From the NCBI GenBank assembly GCA_963826115.1, contig CAWGVS010000006.1:192001-256000 (forward strand): a stretch of DNA of 64,000 nucleotides, in the 5' to 3' direction. A program made the position numbers and the translations under genes. Shown one piece after another: positions 8,998 through 18,318 of this stretch (the first letter of the stretch is position 1; every line of letters starts with the position of its first letter). The stretch comes from an uncultured Candidatus Rokubacteria bacterium. Its GTDB lineage: Bacteria > Methylomirabilota > Methylomirabilia > Rokubacteriales > DASRDR01. Under the pieces are notes generated by a model. It saw only the letters and a list, made by a program, of their open reading frames with translations. It was not told the DNA's origin and made no database searches.

Positions 8998-10206
8998 CTA
9001 CCGCTTGTTCTGGATCGGGGGGGCCGTCTCCTGGGGCGAGAGCTCGCGAGTGAGCACGGGTACGAGCCAGGCCACGTCAGGCTTGGCCACGAGCTTGAAC
9101 GCGTACATGGGCTGGAGCGCCTGATGATCCTCCTTGCGGAAGGTCATCTTGCCCTTGGGGGTGTCGAAGTCCATGCCCTCCATCGCCTGGATCAGCTTCT
9201 CCGTATCCGTGCCGCCCGCCTTCTGGATCGCGGTGACTGTCGCCATCGCCGCCGCGAACCCGCCCGCGGTGAAGAAGTCCGGGGGCTCGTTGAAGCGCTT
9301 CTGGTGCTCGCGAGCCAGCCAGTCGTTCACCGGGTTCTTCGGGATCTCGTAGTAGTAGTACGCGCCGCCGACCAGGCCCTCGAGGTTCTGGGCCTTCATG
9401 GCCTTCAGCACGTCGAGGACGTTGCCGCCGGTCGTGAGCGTGATCCCGAACTTGTCGAGGCGGTTGGCCACCAGCTGCGCGAACGGCCCGCCCTTCCCGG
9501 CCCAGATCACGAAGACGTACTTGGGCCCCGGCTTGTCCTTGAGCGCCCCGATGATCTTCTGGATCGGCGCGGTGAAGTCGGTCGCGTCCCGGGGCGTGTA
9601 TTCCTCGTGGACCACCTGGGCCCCGAGCTTCTCGACGGCGGCCTTGTAGGCGGCGACGCCGTCGCGTCCGAAGGCGTAGTCCTGGGCGATCGTGGCGATC
9701 AGGACCCCGGGCTTGGCCACCGCCAGGGCGTTCGAGATCGCGTCCTGCCCGGAGTTCCGGCCGGTCCGGAAGATGTAGCGGTTCCAGTGCTCCCCGGTGA
9801 TGCTGTCGGCCACTGCGGGCTCGACGATCAGGACCTTTTTGAACTCCTCGGCTACGGGCAGGATCGCGAGAGCTGCCGCGCTCGACGTCGTCCCCACGAC
9901 GAGGTCGACCTTGTCGTCCCCGTAGAGCTTGGTCACCTTCTGCTTCGAGACGTCGGGCTTGAGCTGGTCGTCCTCGATCAGGACTTCGATCTTCCGGCCG
10001 AGCACGGCGTTGGTGCCGCCCGTCGCGTACTCGAGCCCGAGCTTGAAGCCGTTGACCGCCTGCTTCGCGTAGACCTCGAACGGGCCGGTCAGGCCCTGGA
10101 CCAGCCCGATCTTGATCGGCGTCTGGGCCGCGCCCGGATTCGGGACGAGCACGATCGCCACGAGGGCGAGAGCGAAGCGGAGGGCGAGGAACCCGTGTCT
10201 CTGCAT
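8998..10206 (-). CDS. Branched-chain amino acid ABC substrate-binding protein
   Basis: Signal peptide, IKIGLVQGLTGP, EDDQLKPD, QDYAFGRDG, TPKGKMTFRKEDHQ; AGGAG RBS. Confidence 0.92.
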   Translation of the reverse strand: MQRHGFLALRFALALVAIVLVPNPGAAQTPIKIGLVQGLTGPFEVYAKQAVNGFKLGLEYATGGTNAVLGRKIEVLIEDDQLKPDVSKQKVTKLYGDDKVDLVVGTTSSAAALAILPVAEEFKKVLIVEPAVADSITGEHWNRYIFRTGRNSGQDAISNALAVAKPGVLIATIAQDYAFGRDGVAAYKAAVEKLGAQVVHEEYTPRDATDFTAPIQKIIGALKDKPGPKYVFVIWAGKGGPFAQLVANRLDKFGITLTTGGNVLDVLKAMKAQNLEGLVGGAYYYYEIPKNPVNDWLAREHQKRFNEPPDFFTAGGFAAAMATVTAIQKAGGTDTEKLIQAMEGMDFDTPKGKMTFRKEDHQALQPMYAFKLVAKPDVAWLVPVLTRELSPQETAPPIQNKR

Positions 10207-10271
10207 GATGATCTCCTGCTGGAAGTGCTCGGACTTTCCCGGGGCATCGCGATTCTGTCCGGGTCGGCGCC

Positions 10272-10300
10272 ACCGTATCGTGGATGCCGCGCCGCGTCAA
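10272..10300 (-). promoter_or_regulatory. Putative sigma70 promoter TTGACG-N17-TACGGT for the minus-strand Liv operon
   Basis: Near-consensus boxes with 17-nt spacer ~65 nt upstream of 10206. Confidence 0.55.
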
Positions 10301-10412
10301 GCGATGCCGGCCCCGGGACATCAGGTCACCGACACCACGCCCGCCGCCGGCGCGCTCCCGGTCGGCGCGCACCCCGTTGACATGCGCGGGCGACTTTGCT
10401 TTCTGGACTGTC

Positions 10413-10877
10413 GTGAGATGTGTGCTCGTCCGCCACGGAACCGCCGCGCCGGGCCCGGACGATCGGGCGCGACCCCTCACGCCGGCGGGGCGGGCGGAGG
10501 TCGAGGGAACGGCGCGCGCGCTCCAGGCTCACGGGGTTCGCGTGGCCGAGATCCGCCACTCCGATCTCCTCCGTGCCCGCGAGACGGCGGAGATCCTGGG
10601 CGCGCGCTTCGCGCCGCCGCGGGGCGTCCACGCGACGACGGGGCTCCTGCCCGAGGACGACCCGGACGTGGCGGCGGCCGAGCTCGCGCTGGCGACGGCG
10701 CCTCTCATACTGGTCGGCCACCTGCCGCATCTCGCGCGGCTGACCGCGGTCCTCGCGGGCGACGCCGTGCTCGAGGGGATCCCGTTCAACCCCGCGACCG
10801 CGGTGGGCCTCCGGCGCGAGCCCGATGGGTGGACGCTCGAACTGGTGGTACCGGCGCACCCGGACGGCGTCCGATGA
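10413..10877 (+). CDS. sixA: Phosphohistidine phosphatase SixA-like
   Basis: LVRHG, RPLTPAG, SDLLRARETAEIL, LVGHLP. Confidence 0.85.
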   Translation: MRCVLVRHGTAAPGPDDRARPLTPAGRAEVEGTARALQAHGVRVAEIRHSDLLRARETAEILGARFAPPRGVHATTGLLPEDDPDVAAAELALATAPLILVGHLPHLARLTAVLAGDAVLEGIPFNPATAVGLRREPDGWTLELVVPAHPDGVR

Positions 10878-12121
10878 CCGCGCACCTCGCCTGCGTTCGC
10901 TGCGGAGCGACGGCGCCGCTCGGCCCCGCGTTCGAGGGCTGCCCGGTGTGTCCCGGTGCGCCGCGCCCGGCCCTCGAGGTCGTCTACGACTACGCGACGC
11001 TCGCGGCCGCGGGGACTCTGAAAGCGTGGACGTCGCGCGCAGGCGGGCTCTGGCGCTTCCGCGAGCTCCTGCCGCTCCCGCCGGACGCAACGGTCGTGAC
11101 CTTGGCGGAGGGCGCGACGCCGCTCGTCCGCCTCCAGGACGGCGGTCCTCACCGCATCTGGGTGAAGGACGAGACGCGCAATCCCACCGGGTCCTTCAAG
11201 GACCGGCTCCACGCCGTGTCCCTGTCGATGGCCCGCGTCCTGGGTTTCCGAAAGGCCGTTGCCTCGACCACCGGGAACCACGGCACGGCGCTGGCCGCCT
11301 ACGCGGCGCGCGCGGGGCTGGCGGCGCTGGTGTTCTGCGACCCGAGGGCGCCGGTGGTCCAGCGGCGGCTGATGCAGCTCTACGGCGCCCGCGTCGTCGT
11401 GCTGGCCGACCGGGGTGGCCACCTCGCGTGGCTGGTCCGCGAGCGCGGCTGGTACCCGTCGCTCGGGATGACGCCCGAGCCGGTGGCGACGCCGTACGGA
11501 GTCGAGGGGTACAAGACCATCGGCTACGAGGTGTACTTCCAGCTCGGCGCGCGCTTCCCGGGCCGGATGCTGGTGCCGACGTCGGGCGGCGACGCGGTGT
11601 ACGGACCGTGGAAGGGTTTCCGGGAGCTTCGCGCGCTCGGCGCCCCGGGCGAGCTGCCGCGGATGGTGGCGGTGCAGGCGGCGGGCTGCGACCCGATCGT
11701 CCAGGGCTGGCGCGCCGGGGCCACGACGGTGCCCGTGCACCCGGACCCGCAGACGATCGCCGTGTCGATCGCGGACGAGACCGGCGGACCCGCCTCGCTC
11801 CGCGCGGTTGCCGAGTCCGGCGGCACGGCGGAGGCGGTCTCGGACGCCGCGATCCTCGACGCCATGCGGCGCCTGGCGCGGCAGGGGATCGCGGTCGAGC
11901 CCTCCTCGGCCGCCTCGGTCGCGGCCGCGCTGGCGCTCGCGGCCCGGGACGAGCTCGACCCCGACGAGGACGTCGTGTGCGTGCTGACCGGCGCGGGCGT
12001 GAAGTGGCCGGACGCGCTCGTCGACGCGCTCACGCCGCAGGAGCTCTCGGACGCGCGCCCGGCGGCCGTCCGCGCGTGGATCGACGCGTTCGACGCGGCC
12101 GCGCCGTCCGCGCGCGCTTGA
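10874..12121 (+). CDS. PLP-dependent threonine synthase-like protein
   Basis: N-terminal CxxC/CPxC, TLAEGATPL, KDETRNPTGSFKDR, STTGNHG, VEPSSAAS, VLTGAGVK; ATGA overlap with sixA. Confidence 0.88.
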   Translation: MTAHLACVRCGATAPLGPAFEGCPVCPGAPRPALEVVYDYATLAAAGTLKAWTSRAGGLWRFRELLPLPPDATVVTLAEGATPLVRLQDGGPHRIWVKDETRNPTGSFKDRLHAVSLSMARVLGFRKAVASTTGNHGTALAAYAARAGLAALVFCDPRAPVVQRRLMQLYGARVVVLADRGGHLAWLVRERGWYPSLGMTPEPVATPYGVEGYKTIGYEVYFQLGARFPGRMLVPTSGGDAVYGPWKGFRELRALGAPGELPRMVAVQAAGCDPIVQGWRAGATTVPVHPDPQTIAVSIADETGGPASLRAVAESGGTAEAVSDAAILDAMRRLARQGIAVEPSSAASVAAALALAARDELDPDEDVVCVLTGAGVKWPDALVDALTPQELSDARPAAVRAWIDAFDAAAPSARA

Positions 12122-12233
12122 CACCCGGGGGGCGGCTCCGTCAGAGTCCTTTGCACGGCCCTCAGCAGTCGCGTGGGCCGAACGACCCGAGCGGTCCGCG
12201 GATCCCCGGACGCGCGCCAACGAGGGAGACACC

Positions 12234-13577
12234 ATGAGCGAGACCCCCGCAGCTCCGATCTCACGCCGTCACTTCCTGGCCACGACCGCTGCGCTCGGGG
12301 GCGGCAGCCTTCTCGCGGCCGGCGGCGCGCGGCCGCGCCCGGCCCGCGCCCAGGGCTCGCTGAAGGGGACCAAGCTGACGATCATCGCCGGCGACTGGTA
12401 CGTCCCCGAGACCAACAAGATGCTCGACGACCTCGTCGCGTCCCTGTCGAAGGACACCGGGATGGACGTGAAGGTCGAGCGCTTCGCCGGCGAGCAGCAG
12501 GTGGCGAAGGTCGCGGCCATCGTGGGCAGCGGCCAGGGCGGCGACATCGCGGTGGTCCGCGACTTCGACGCCTATCTCTACGCCGACAAGCTGATCGACG
12601 TGACGGACCTGGCGAACGACGTCGGCAAGACCTACGGCGGCTGGTTCGACGTCGCGCAGCAGGCGTGCGTGGTCAAGGGCCGGTGGAAGGCGGTCATGAT
12701 CGGCCAGGCGCCGGCCGCCTGGAACTACCGCACGGACATGTTCCGCGCCGCGGGCGTCGAGAAGTTCCCGGACACGTTCGACGAGCTCCTGGTCGCAGCC
12801 CGGAAGCTCCACGCCAAGGGCACGCCGATCGGCATGACGCTCGGGCACGCCTCGGGCGACGGGCGCTCCACCAACTACCCCGTGCTGTGGGCGTTCGGCG
12901 GCAAGGAGTTCGAGGCCGACGGCAGGACCGTCGCGCTGAACTCGCCCCAGACGCTCAAGGCGGTCGAGTGGTACACCGAGATCTACAAGGTCATGGATTC
13001 CGGCGTCACCGCCTGGCTCGACCCCGACAACAACCAGGCGTTCCTCGCGGGGAAGGTGTCGGCCACCGTCAACGTCAACACGATCTACCTGGCCGCGCGG
13101 ACCGCGGCGCCGACCGATCCCGCGAAGAAGATGCTGATCGACAACATGGACCACGCCAACTGGCCCGCCGGGCCCGCCGGGCGGTTCGGGCACTACAACA
13201 TCAACCTGTGGGCCGGTTTCGCGTCCAGCAAGAACCGCGAGGGGCAGCTCGCCTTCCTGCGCGCGTGGCACGACCGGAGCTTCCTGCCGAAGTGGACGAA
13301 GGCGGGGCAGTCCTACTTCATCCCACCGTTCGTCGGGTTCGACAAGGAAGACGTCTGGCCGGACGACCCGAAGCTCAAGATCTTCCGCGAGCTGAACAAG
13401 GTGAATCGTCTCGCCGGTTACGCTGGCCCGCCCACGCCGGCCGCGGCCGAGGCCGTCAACAAGTTCGTCCTGGTGGACATGTTCGCCAAGGCCGCGACCG
13501 GTCAGCTCAAGCCGGCCGACGCGGTGAAGTGGGCCGAGAAGGAGTACCAGCAGATCGCCCAGAAGCGCCTCGGGTAG
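12234..13577 (+). CDS. Carbohydrate (CUT1) ABC substrate-binding protein, Tat-exported
   Basis: SRRHFL twin-arginine signal, NYRTDMF, PDTFDEL, NNQAFLAGK; GGGAG RBS. Confidence 0.9.
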   Translation: MSETPAAPISRRHFLATTAALGGGSLLAAGGARPRPARAQGSLKGTKLTIIAGDWYVPETNKMLDDLVASLSKDTGMDVKVERFAGEQQVAKVAAIVGSGQGGDIAVVRDFDAYLYADKLIDVTDLANDVGKTYGGWFDVAQQACVVKGRWKAVMIGQAPAAWNYRTDMFRAAGVEKFPDTFDELLVAARKLHAKGTPIGMTLGHASGDGRSTNYPVLWAFGGKEFEADGRTVALNSPQTLKAVEWYTEIYKVMDSGVTAWLDPDNNQAFLAGKVSATVNVNTIYLAARTAAPTDPAKKMLIDNMDHANWPAGPAGRFGHYNINLWAGFASSKNREGQLAFLRAWHDRSFLPKWTKAGQSYFIPPFVGFDKEDVWPDDPKLKIFRELNKVNRLAGYAGPPTPAAAEAVNKFVLVDMFAKAATGQLKPADAVKWAEKEYQQIAQKRLG

Positions 13578-13590
13578 GCGGAGCACGGCC

Positions 13591-13624
13591 GGCGCCGGCG
13601 GCGATTCGACGGCCCGCCGGCGCC
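13591..13624 (+). other. Intergenic stem-loop between SBP and permease genes
   Basis: GGCGCCGGCGG ... CCGCCGGCGCC 11-bp inverted repeat, no U-tract; likely mRNA stabiliser (inference). Confidence 0.45.
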
Positions 13625-13635
13625 CGTCTCGAGAG

Positions 13636-14532
13636 ATGGCGCGGCTCTCGATCCGACGCTGGCTCGACCAGGAGCAGACGCTCGCGTGGCTCCTGGTCGG
13701 GCCGCTCGTGCTCCTCCTCCTCGGCCTCGTGGCCTACCCGTTCGGCGTCGCCGTCATGTATGCCCTCTCCGACCGGACGCTCGCCGAGCCGGGGCGCTTC
13801 GTCGGGCTCGCCAACGTCTGGAACCTCTGGGACAACCAGATCTACCGGCAGACCCTGTGGAACACGATCGTCTACACGATCGGCGCCACCATCCTGAAGC
13901 TCGGCGCGGGCCTCGGTCTCGCGCTGATCCTCAACGAGCAGCTCCCGATGAAGCGCCTCATCCGCTCCGCCGTCCTCCTGCCGTGGATCGTGCCCACGGT
14001 CCTGAGCGCGATGGCCTGGCTCTGGCTCCTGACGCCGAACTTCAGCGTCCTGAACTGGATCCTGATCCACCTGGGGCTGAGCCAGCGCGGACTGCCCTGG
14101 CTCACGAGCCCCGCCCTGGCCATGTTCTCCGTGATCCTGGTCAACACCTGGCGCGGGATCCCGTTCTTCGCGATCACGCTCCTGGCGGGTCTCCAGACCA
14201 TCCCCGGCGAGCTCTACGAGGCGTCCGCCATCGACGGAGCGGGGCCGTGGCACCGGTTCCGCTACGTGACGCTCCCGCTCCTCCAGCCGGTCCTCGTGAT
14301 CACGCTGATCCTGTCGGTGATCTGGACCTTCTCGGACTTCCAGGTGGTGTACGGCCTGACCCAGGGCGGCCCGATGAACTCGACGCACGTCCTGGCGACC
14401 CTCAGCTACCAGGTCGGGCTGGCCTCCGGCAACATCGGCGAGGGCGCGGCGATCTCGCTCACGATGCTGCCGCTCCTCCTGATCCTGATCGTGTGGCAGA
14501 TCCGGCACCTCCGCCGGGGGGCCGTGGCGTGA
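13636..14532 (+). CDS. Carbohydrate ABC permease (MalF/UgpA-like)
   Basis: FVGLAN, LLPWIVP, EAA loop ELYEASAIDGAG, LTQGGP. Confidence 0.93.
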   Translation: MARLSIRRWLDQEQTLAWLLVGPLVLLLLGLVAYPFGVAVMYALSDRTLAEPGRFVGLANVWNLWDNQIYRQTLWNTIVYTIGATILKLGAGLGLALILNEQLPMKRLIRSAVLLPWIVPTVLSAMAWLWLLTPNFSVLNWILIHLGLSQRGLPWLTSPALAMFSVILVNTWRGIPFFAITLLAGLQTIPGELYEASAIDGAGPWHRFRYVTLPLLQPVLVITLILSVIWTFSDFQVVYGLTQGGPMNSTHVLATLSYQVGLASGNIGEGAAISLTMLPLLLILIVWQIRHLRRGAVA

Positions 14533-15371
14533 CGCGGCGGCCGGGCGTCGAGCGCTGGCTGTTCGTCTACGCGCCGCTCGGCTTCGCGCTCGTGTTCCTG
14601 CTCGGCCCCTTCTACTGGATGGTCATCACGGCGCTCAAGCCCAACTCCGAGCTCTACAACGCCGACCGGAGCCCGCTCTACGTCGCCACCCCGACCCTCG
14701 AGCACTTCGTGTACCTGTTCACGAAGACGGCGTTCGTCGAGTGGACCAAGAACACCATGATCGTGGCGACCGGCTCGACGGCGCTGGCCCTCCTCCTCGG
14801 GGTGCCGGCCGGCTACGCGCTGGCCCGCTTCCGCTTCCGGGGCGCCGGCCTGGTGGGGACGGGGGTCATCGTGACGTATCTCGTGCCGACGAGCCTCCTG
14901 TTCATTCCGATGGTCCAGGTGATGAGCACCATCGGCCTGGTGGACAGCTACTGGGCGCTGGTAGTCGTGTACCCGACCTTCCTCGCGCCCTTCGTCACGT
15001 GGCTGATGGCGGGCTACTTCCGGACCATCCCCGGCGAACTGGAGGAGTGCGCGCGCATCGACGGGGCGAGCCGCCTGGGCGCCCTGTGGCGGATCGCGAT
15101 CCCGCTGGCCCGGCCGGGGATCGTGTCGGCGGGCATCTTCGCCTTCACGCTCTCGTGGAACGAGTTCATCTACGCGCTCACCCTGGTGACGGCCTCGAGC
15201 GAGCGCACCATTCCGGTGGGCGTGCTGGTCCAGCTCACGCGGGCCGACTTCTACTTCTGGGGGCCGCTCATGGCGGGCGCTCTGGCCGGCTCGATTCCCG
15301 TCGCGCTGATCTACTCGTTCTTCGTGGATCAGTACGCGGCCGGCCTCACCGCCGGCGCGGTCAAGGGCTGA
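14529..15371 (+). CDS. Carbohydrate ABC permease (MalG/UgpE-like)
   Basis: AGYALARFRF, ELEECARIDGAS, SWNEF, GLTAGAVKG; GTGA overlap. Confidence 0.93.
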   Translation: MTRRPGVERWLFVYAPLGFALVFLLGPFYWMVITALKPNSELYNADRSPLYVATPTLEHFVYLFTKTAFVEWTKNTMIVATGSTALALLLGVPAGYALARFRFRGAGLVGTGVIVTYLVPTSLLFIPMVQVMSTIGLVDSYWALVVVYPTFLAPFVTWLMAGYFRTIPGELEECARIDGASRLGALWRIAIPLARPGIVSAGIFAFTLSWNEFIYALTLVTASSERTIPVGVLVQLTRADFYFWGPLMAGALAGSIPVALIYSFFVDQYAAGLTAGAVKG

Positions 15372-15386
15372 CCGGGCCGCTCGCCG

Positions 15387-16226
15387 CTAGCCGCCCATGC
15401 GCGGCCCCGGGGCGCGCCGGTAGCCCTCGAGGAAGCGCCGGGTCGCCTCGCCGCAGCGTCGGGCCCGCTCCATCACGGAGAGCCCGGCATCCTCGGCGCA
15501 GGGCACCTCGACGGCGATGGGCAGGCCCTCGGGCAGGGCGTCGAGGATGCCGGCGAGCGGGATGTCGCCCGCGCCGGGGTAGTGGCGGTCCCCGCGCGCC
15601 TCGCGCCGGAGCGCGTCGGGGCCGACCGGCCGGGGGCCCCGCGCGTCGCAGATCTGGCTGTAGCGGAGCCAGCGCGGATCCAGGCGCCGGACGTCGTCAG
15701 GTGTGCCGCCCGACCGCCAGAGGTGGAGCGCGTCGACCAGGATGCCGCCGTTCGGCTGCCCGGCGGCGCGGACGATCCGCTCGGCCTGCCCGATCGACGC
15801 CGCGTGCGTGAACGCGGCGAACTCGAGCCCGACGTGGAGGTCGAACTGCGCGCCTTCCTCGCAGAGGCGCGCGAACGTCGCGGTCAGCCGCGCCTCGTCG
15901 GGATCGTTGCCCATCGTCAGGACGTTCCGGGCGCCCAGGCGTCGCCCGACCTCGAGCGCCGGCCGAAGCGCGGCCGCGTCGGTGGCCGGGCCGATCCAGA
16001 TCGACTCCACGTCGAGCACCGTGAGGCCCGTGTCCCGGAGCCGCTCGAGGAGCCGCCGGATCAGCGGCTCGTCGCCGACGACGGGGACGAGGGCGTCGGT
16101 GGGGGCCGGCGGCACGATGCGGAGCCCGATCGCGTCGAACCCGCCCGCGACCGCCGCGTCGACGAGCTCCAGCGGATGGGCGTCGATGACGGTGAGGTGC
16201 GCGAGCGAGAGGCGGGAGGGCGTCAT
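15387..16226 (-). CDS. Sugar phosphate isomerase/epimerase (xylose-isomerase-like TIM barrel)
   Basis: LSLAHLT, GFDAIGLR, GLEF, LVDALH, QICDA, PGAGDIPL, AVEVP. Confidence 0.85.
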   Translation of the reverse strand: MTPSRLSLAHLTVIDAHPLELVDAAVAGGFDAIGLRIVPPAPTDALVPVVGDEPLIRRLLERLRDTGLTVLDVESIWIGPATDAAALRPALEVGRRLGARNVLTMGNDPDEARLTATFARLCEEGAQFDLHVGLEFAAFTHAASIGQAERIVRAAGQPNGGILVDALHLWRSGGTPDDVRRLDPRWLRYSQICDARGPRPVGPDALRREARGDRHYPGAGDIPLAGILDALPEGLPIAVEVPCAEDAGLSVMERARRCGEATRRFLEGYRRAPGPRMGG

Positions 16227-16255
16227 CGCGTCCGCGGCGGGGCCGATCGGGTGCC

Positions 16256-17047
16256 TCAGGCCGGGAAGTGCCGGTCGAGGAACGCGAAGAAGTCCCGGTT
16301 GAACGCGGCGGGATTCTCGGCCCACGGATAGTGGCCGGAGCCCGGGACCACGGCGAGCTCCGCGCCCTGGATCAGGGCGGCGACACGCTTCATCCCGGCC
16401 GGATGCCCGACCTGATCCACCTCGCCCGCTACCAGGAGCGCCGGCACGTCGATAGCCCGGAACCCCGCGACCGCGTCGGCCTCCGGCCACGTCTGGACGG
16501 CCGTGACCGCCGCCTTCACCGTGGCCGGCGCGGTACGCGACGCCCAGTCGCGCACGAGGTCGACCTCCGGTCCGGCGGCGCCCGGCCCGAGCATGGAGTC
16601 GAGCACCATCGCGTTCGCCGTCACGGGATCCGTCCCCGGCGGTGGCGGCGTCGTGCGCTTCCGCACGAACTCCTCCTGCTCCTCCTTCGTGCGGTTGGCG
16701 AAGTACCCGATGGTCGAGGAGATCACGATGCCGTGCACCAGGGCCGGCGCCTTCAGGCGGATGCGCGGGGTGATCTGGCCGCCCATGCTGTGCCCGTGGA
16801 GCACGTTGCGCCGGCTGCCGAGGCTCCGGATCAGGTGCGCCCCGACCTCGGCCACGACGTCGAAGGTGAAGGGATCGGGCAGGGGGGACAGCCCGTAGCC
16901 GGGCGCGTCCCACGCCACGACCCGGTAGCCTCGCGCGACCAGCCGCTCCGTCTGAAAGCGCCAGTACTCCTTGGCGCCGTAGATGCCGTGGAGGAGGAAC
17001 ACCGTGACCGGGCCGTCCCCGGACACGGTGTGGTCCGGCATCCTCAC
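16256..17047 (-). CDS. Alpha/beta hydrolase, possibly a meta-cleavage product or enol-lactone hydrolase
   Basis: LLHG, WDAPGYGLS, GHSMGG, GEVD, GHYPWAENP; follows dioxygenase genes. Confidence 0.88.
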   Translation of the reverse strand: MRMPDHTVSGDGPVTVFLLHGIYGAKEYWRFQTERLVARGYRVVAWDAPGYGLSPLPDPFTFDVVAEVGAHLIRSLGSRRNVLHGHSMGGQITPRIRLKAPALVHGIVISSTIGYFANRTKEEQEEFVRKRTTPPPPGTDPVTANAMVLDSMLGPGAAGPEVDLVRDWASRTAPATVKAAVTAVQTWPEADAVAGFRAIDVPALLVAGEVDQVGHPAGMKRVAALIQGAELAVVPGSGHYPWAENPAAFNRDFFAFLDRHFPA

Positions 17048-17059
17048 GCCGGCGAGTTC

Positions 17060-17893
17060 TCAGCCGGCATCGACGCGCCAGGCGGCGAAGCCGCAGCCGA
17101 GGTACACCTCCGGGCAGTTGCGGTAGCCGATCAGCTCGAAGCCGCGCCGTCCGGCGGCGGCGTGGGCGGCGACCCAGTTGCGGATCTCGGCCGCGCCGTT
17201 GCCGATCGTCGGCAGCTTGGCGTCGAGGAACTCGAGCAGGGGCCGTTCGTTGCCCTGCTCGAACAGGCGGATGCACTCGCGGTCGAAGGGCTCGTCGATC
17301 TCGCCCATGGTGGGCTCGCCGATCGAGTGGCTCAGTCCGCCGGTCGCGAGCACCGCCACCCGCAGATCCTCGGGATAGCTGCGGATGGCGTCGGCGATCA
17401 TGGCGCCCCACTGGGAGCAGCGCCGGACGCTCGGGAACGGCGGCTCGAGATCGTTGAAGATGATGGGGACGATCGGCGGCAGGGACGTGAATCCGCTCTT
17501 CCACAGCGGGATGCAGAAGCCGTGGTCGAGCGTCAGCTGGTGGGACACCGCCGGGTCGAAGTCGCGCGCGAGCGCGTGCTCCAGGATGTGGTGGGCCAGC
17601 TTCGGATGGCCCGCGATCGTCTTGAAGGGGCACTCCCGCATCCAGGGCTCGGCCGGTCCCTCGTGCGCCTCGCCCACTCCGATGCAGATGCTGGGCAGGT
17701 TGTTGATGAAGAAGTTCACCCAGTGATCGGGGGCGATCTCGACCAGGACGTCGGGGCGGGCGGCACGAATCCGGCGGCCGAGCTCGGCGAGGGCGCGCGT
17801 CAGCTCCTGCTGGTCGGCCGGCTTGATGTTCTTCCAGCCGCGGACGAACAGCGGGGCGTGGCTGGACGCGAACACCCCTACCAGGCTAGCCAT
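17060..17893 (-). CDS. Class III extradiol ring-cleavage dioxygenase, catalytic subunit (LigB/MhpB family)
   Basis: SHAP, PDHWVNFF, LDHG, TGGLSH, EIRNW metal/catalytic motifs. Confidence 0.9.
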   Translation of the reverse strand: MASLVGVFASSHAPLFVRGWKNIKPADQQELTRALAELGRRIRAARPDVLVEIAPDHWVNFFINNLPSICIGVGEAHEGPAEPWMRECPFKTIAGHPKLAHHILEHALARDFDPAVSHQLTLDHGFCIPLWKSGFTSLPPIVPIIFNDLEPPFPSVRRCSQWGAMIADAIRSYPEDLRVAVLATGGLSHSIGEPTMGEIDEPFDRECIRLFEQGNERPLLEFLDAKLPTIGNGAAEIRNWVAAHAAAGRRGFELIGYRNCPEVYLGCGFAAWRVDAG

Positions 17894-18167
17894 GGCCGGG
17901 TCTCGCGGCGGCGGGCGCGCCGACGCCGCGCACCCTCCGCAGGAACTCCGCCTCCGGCATCCCGGCGACGACGAAGTAGAACCGGAGCAGGTACGGGTTG
18001 ACCCGCGGCGCGAGCGCCACGACGTCGTCGCGCTCGACCGCGGCGCGCACCTCGGGCGCCAGGGGATAGCGCGCCAGGACCTTCTGGCGATCGACCCGAT
18101 ACGCCTCGCCCAGGGACGGCGAGCTGTGGAGATCGAAGAAGAGCTTGCTGAGCCAGTAGTCTCTCAT
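17886..18167 (-). CDS. Extradiol dioxygenase small (LigA-like) subunit
   Basis: 93 aa; LSKLFFDL, YPLAPEVRAAV, VNPYLL; overlaps start of the LigB-like gene. Confidence 0.75.
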   Translation of the reverse strand: MRDYWLSKLFFDLHSSPSLGEAYRVDRQKVLARYPLAPEVRAAVERDDVVALAPRVNPYLLRFYFVVAGMPEAEFLRRVRGVGAPAAARPGHG

Positions 18168-18214
18168 CGGCGTGGGAGGCGCGCCCGGGCGTCCAGCCCT
18201 CGGCCGCCGGAAGG

Positions 18215-18244
18215 ATCTTGGGTGCGTGGCGGCCGCCCTGTCAA
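18215..18244 (-). promoter_or_regulatory. Putative sigma70 promoter TTGACA-N18-CAAGAT for the dioxygenase operon
   Basis: Perfect -35 box upstream of 18167. Confidence 0.45.
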
Positions 18245-18318
18245 GGGGCCGCGGGGCGCCCCGATCGATCGGGCCCCGGCCGGCGGACGCGATCGCCGTG
18301 GTGGCCTATAATCGCGCC

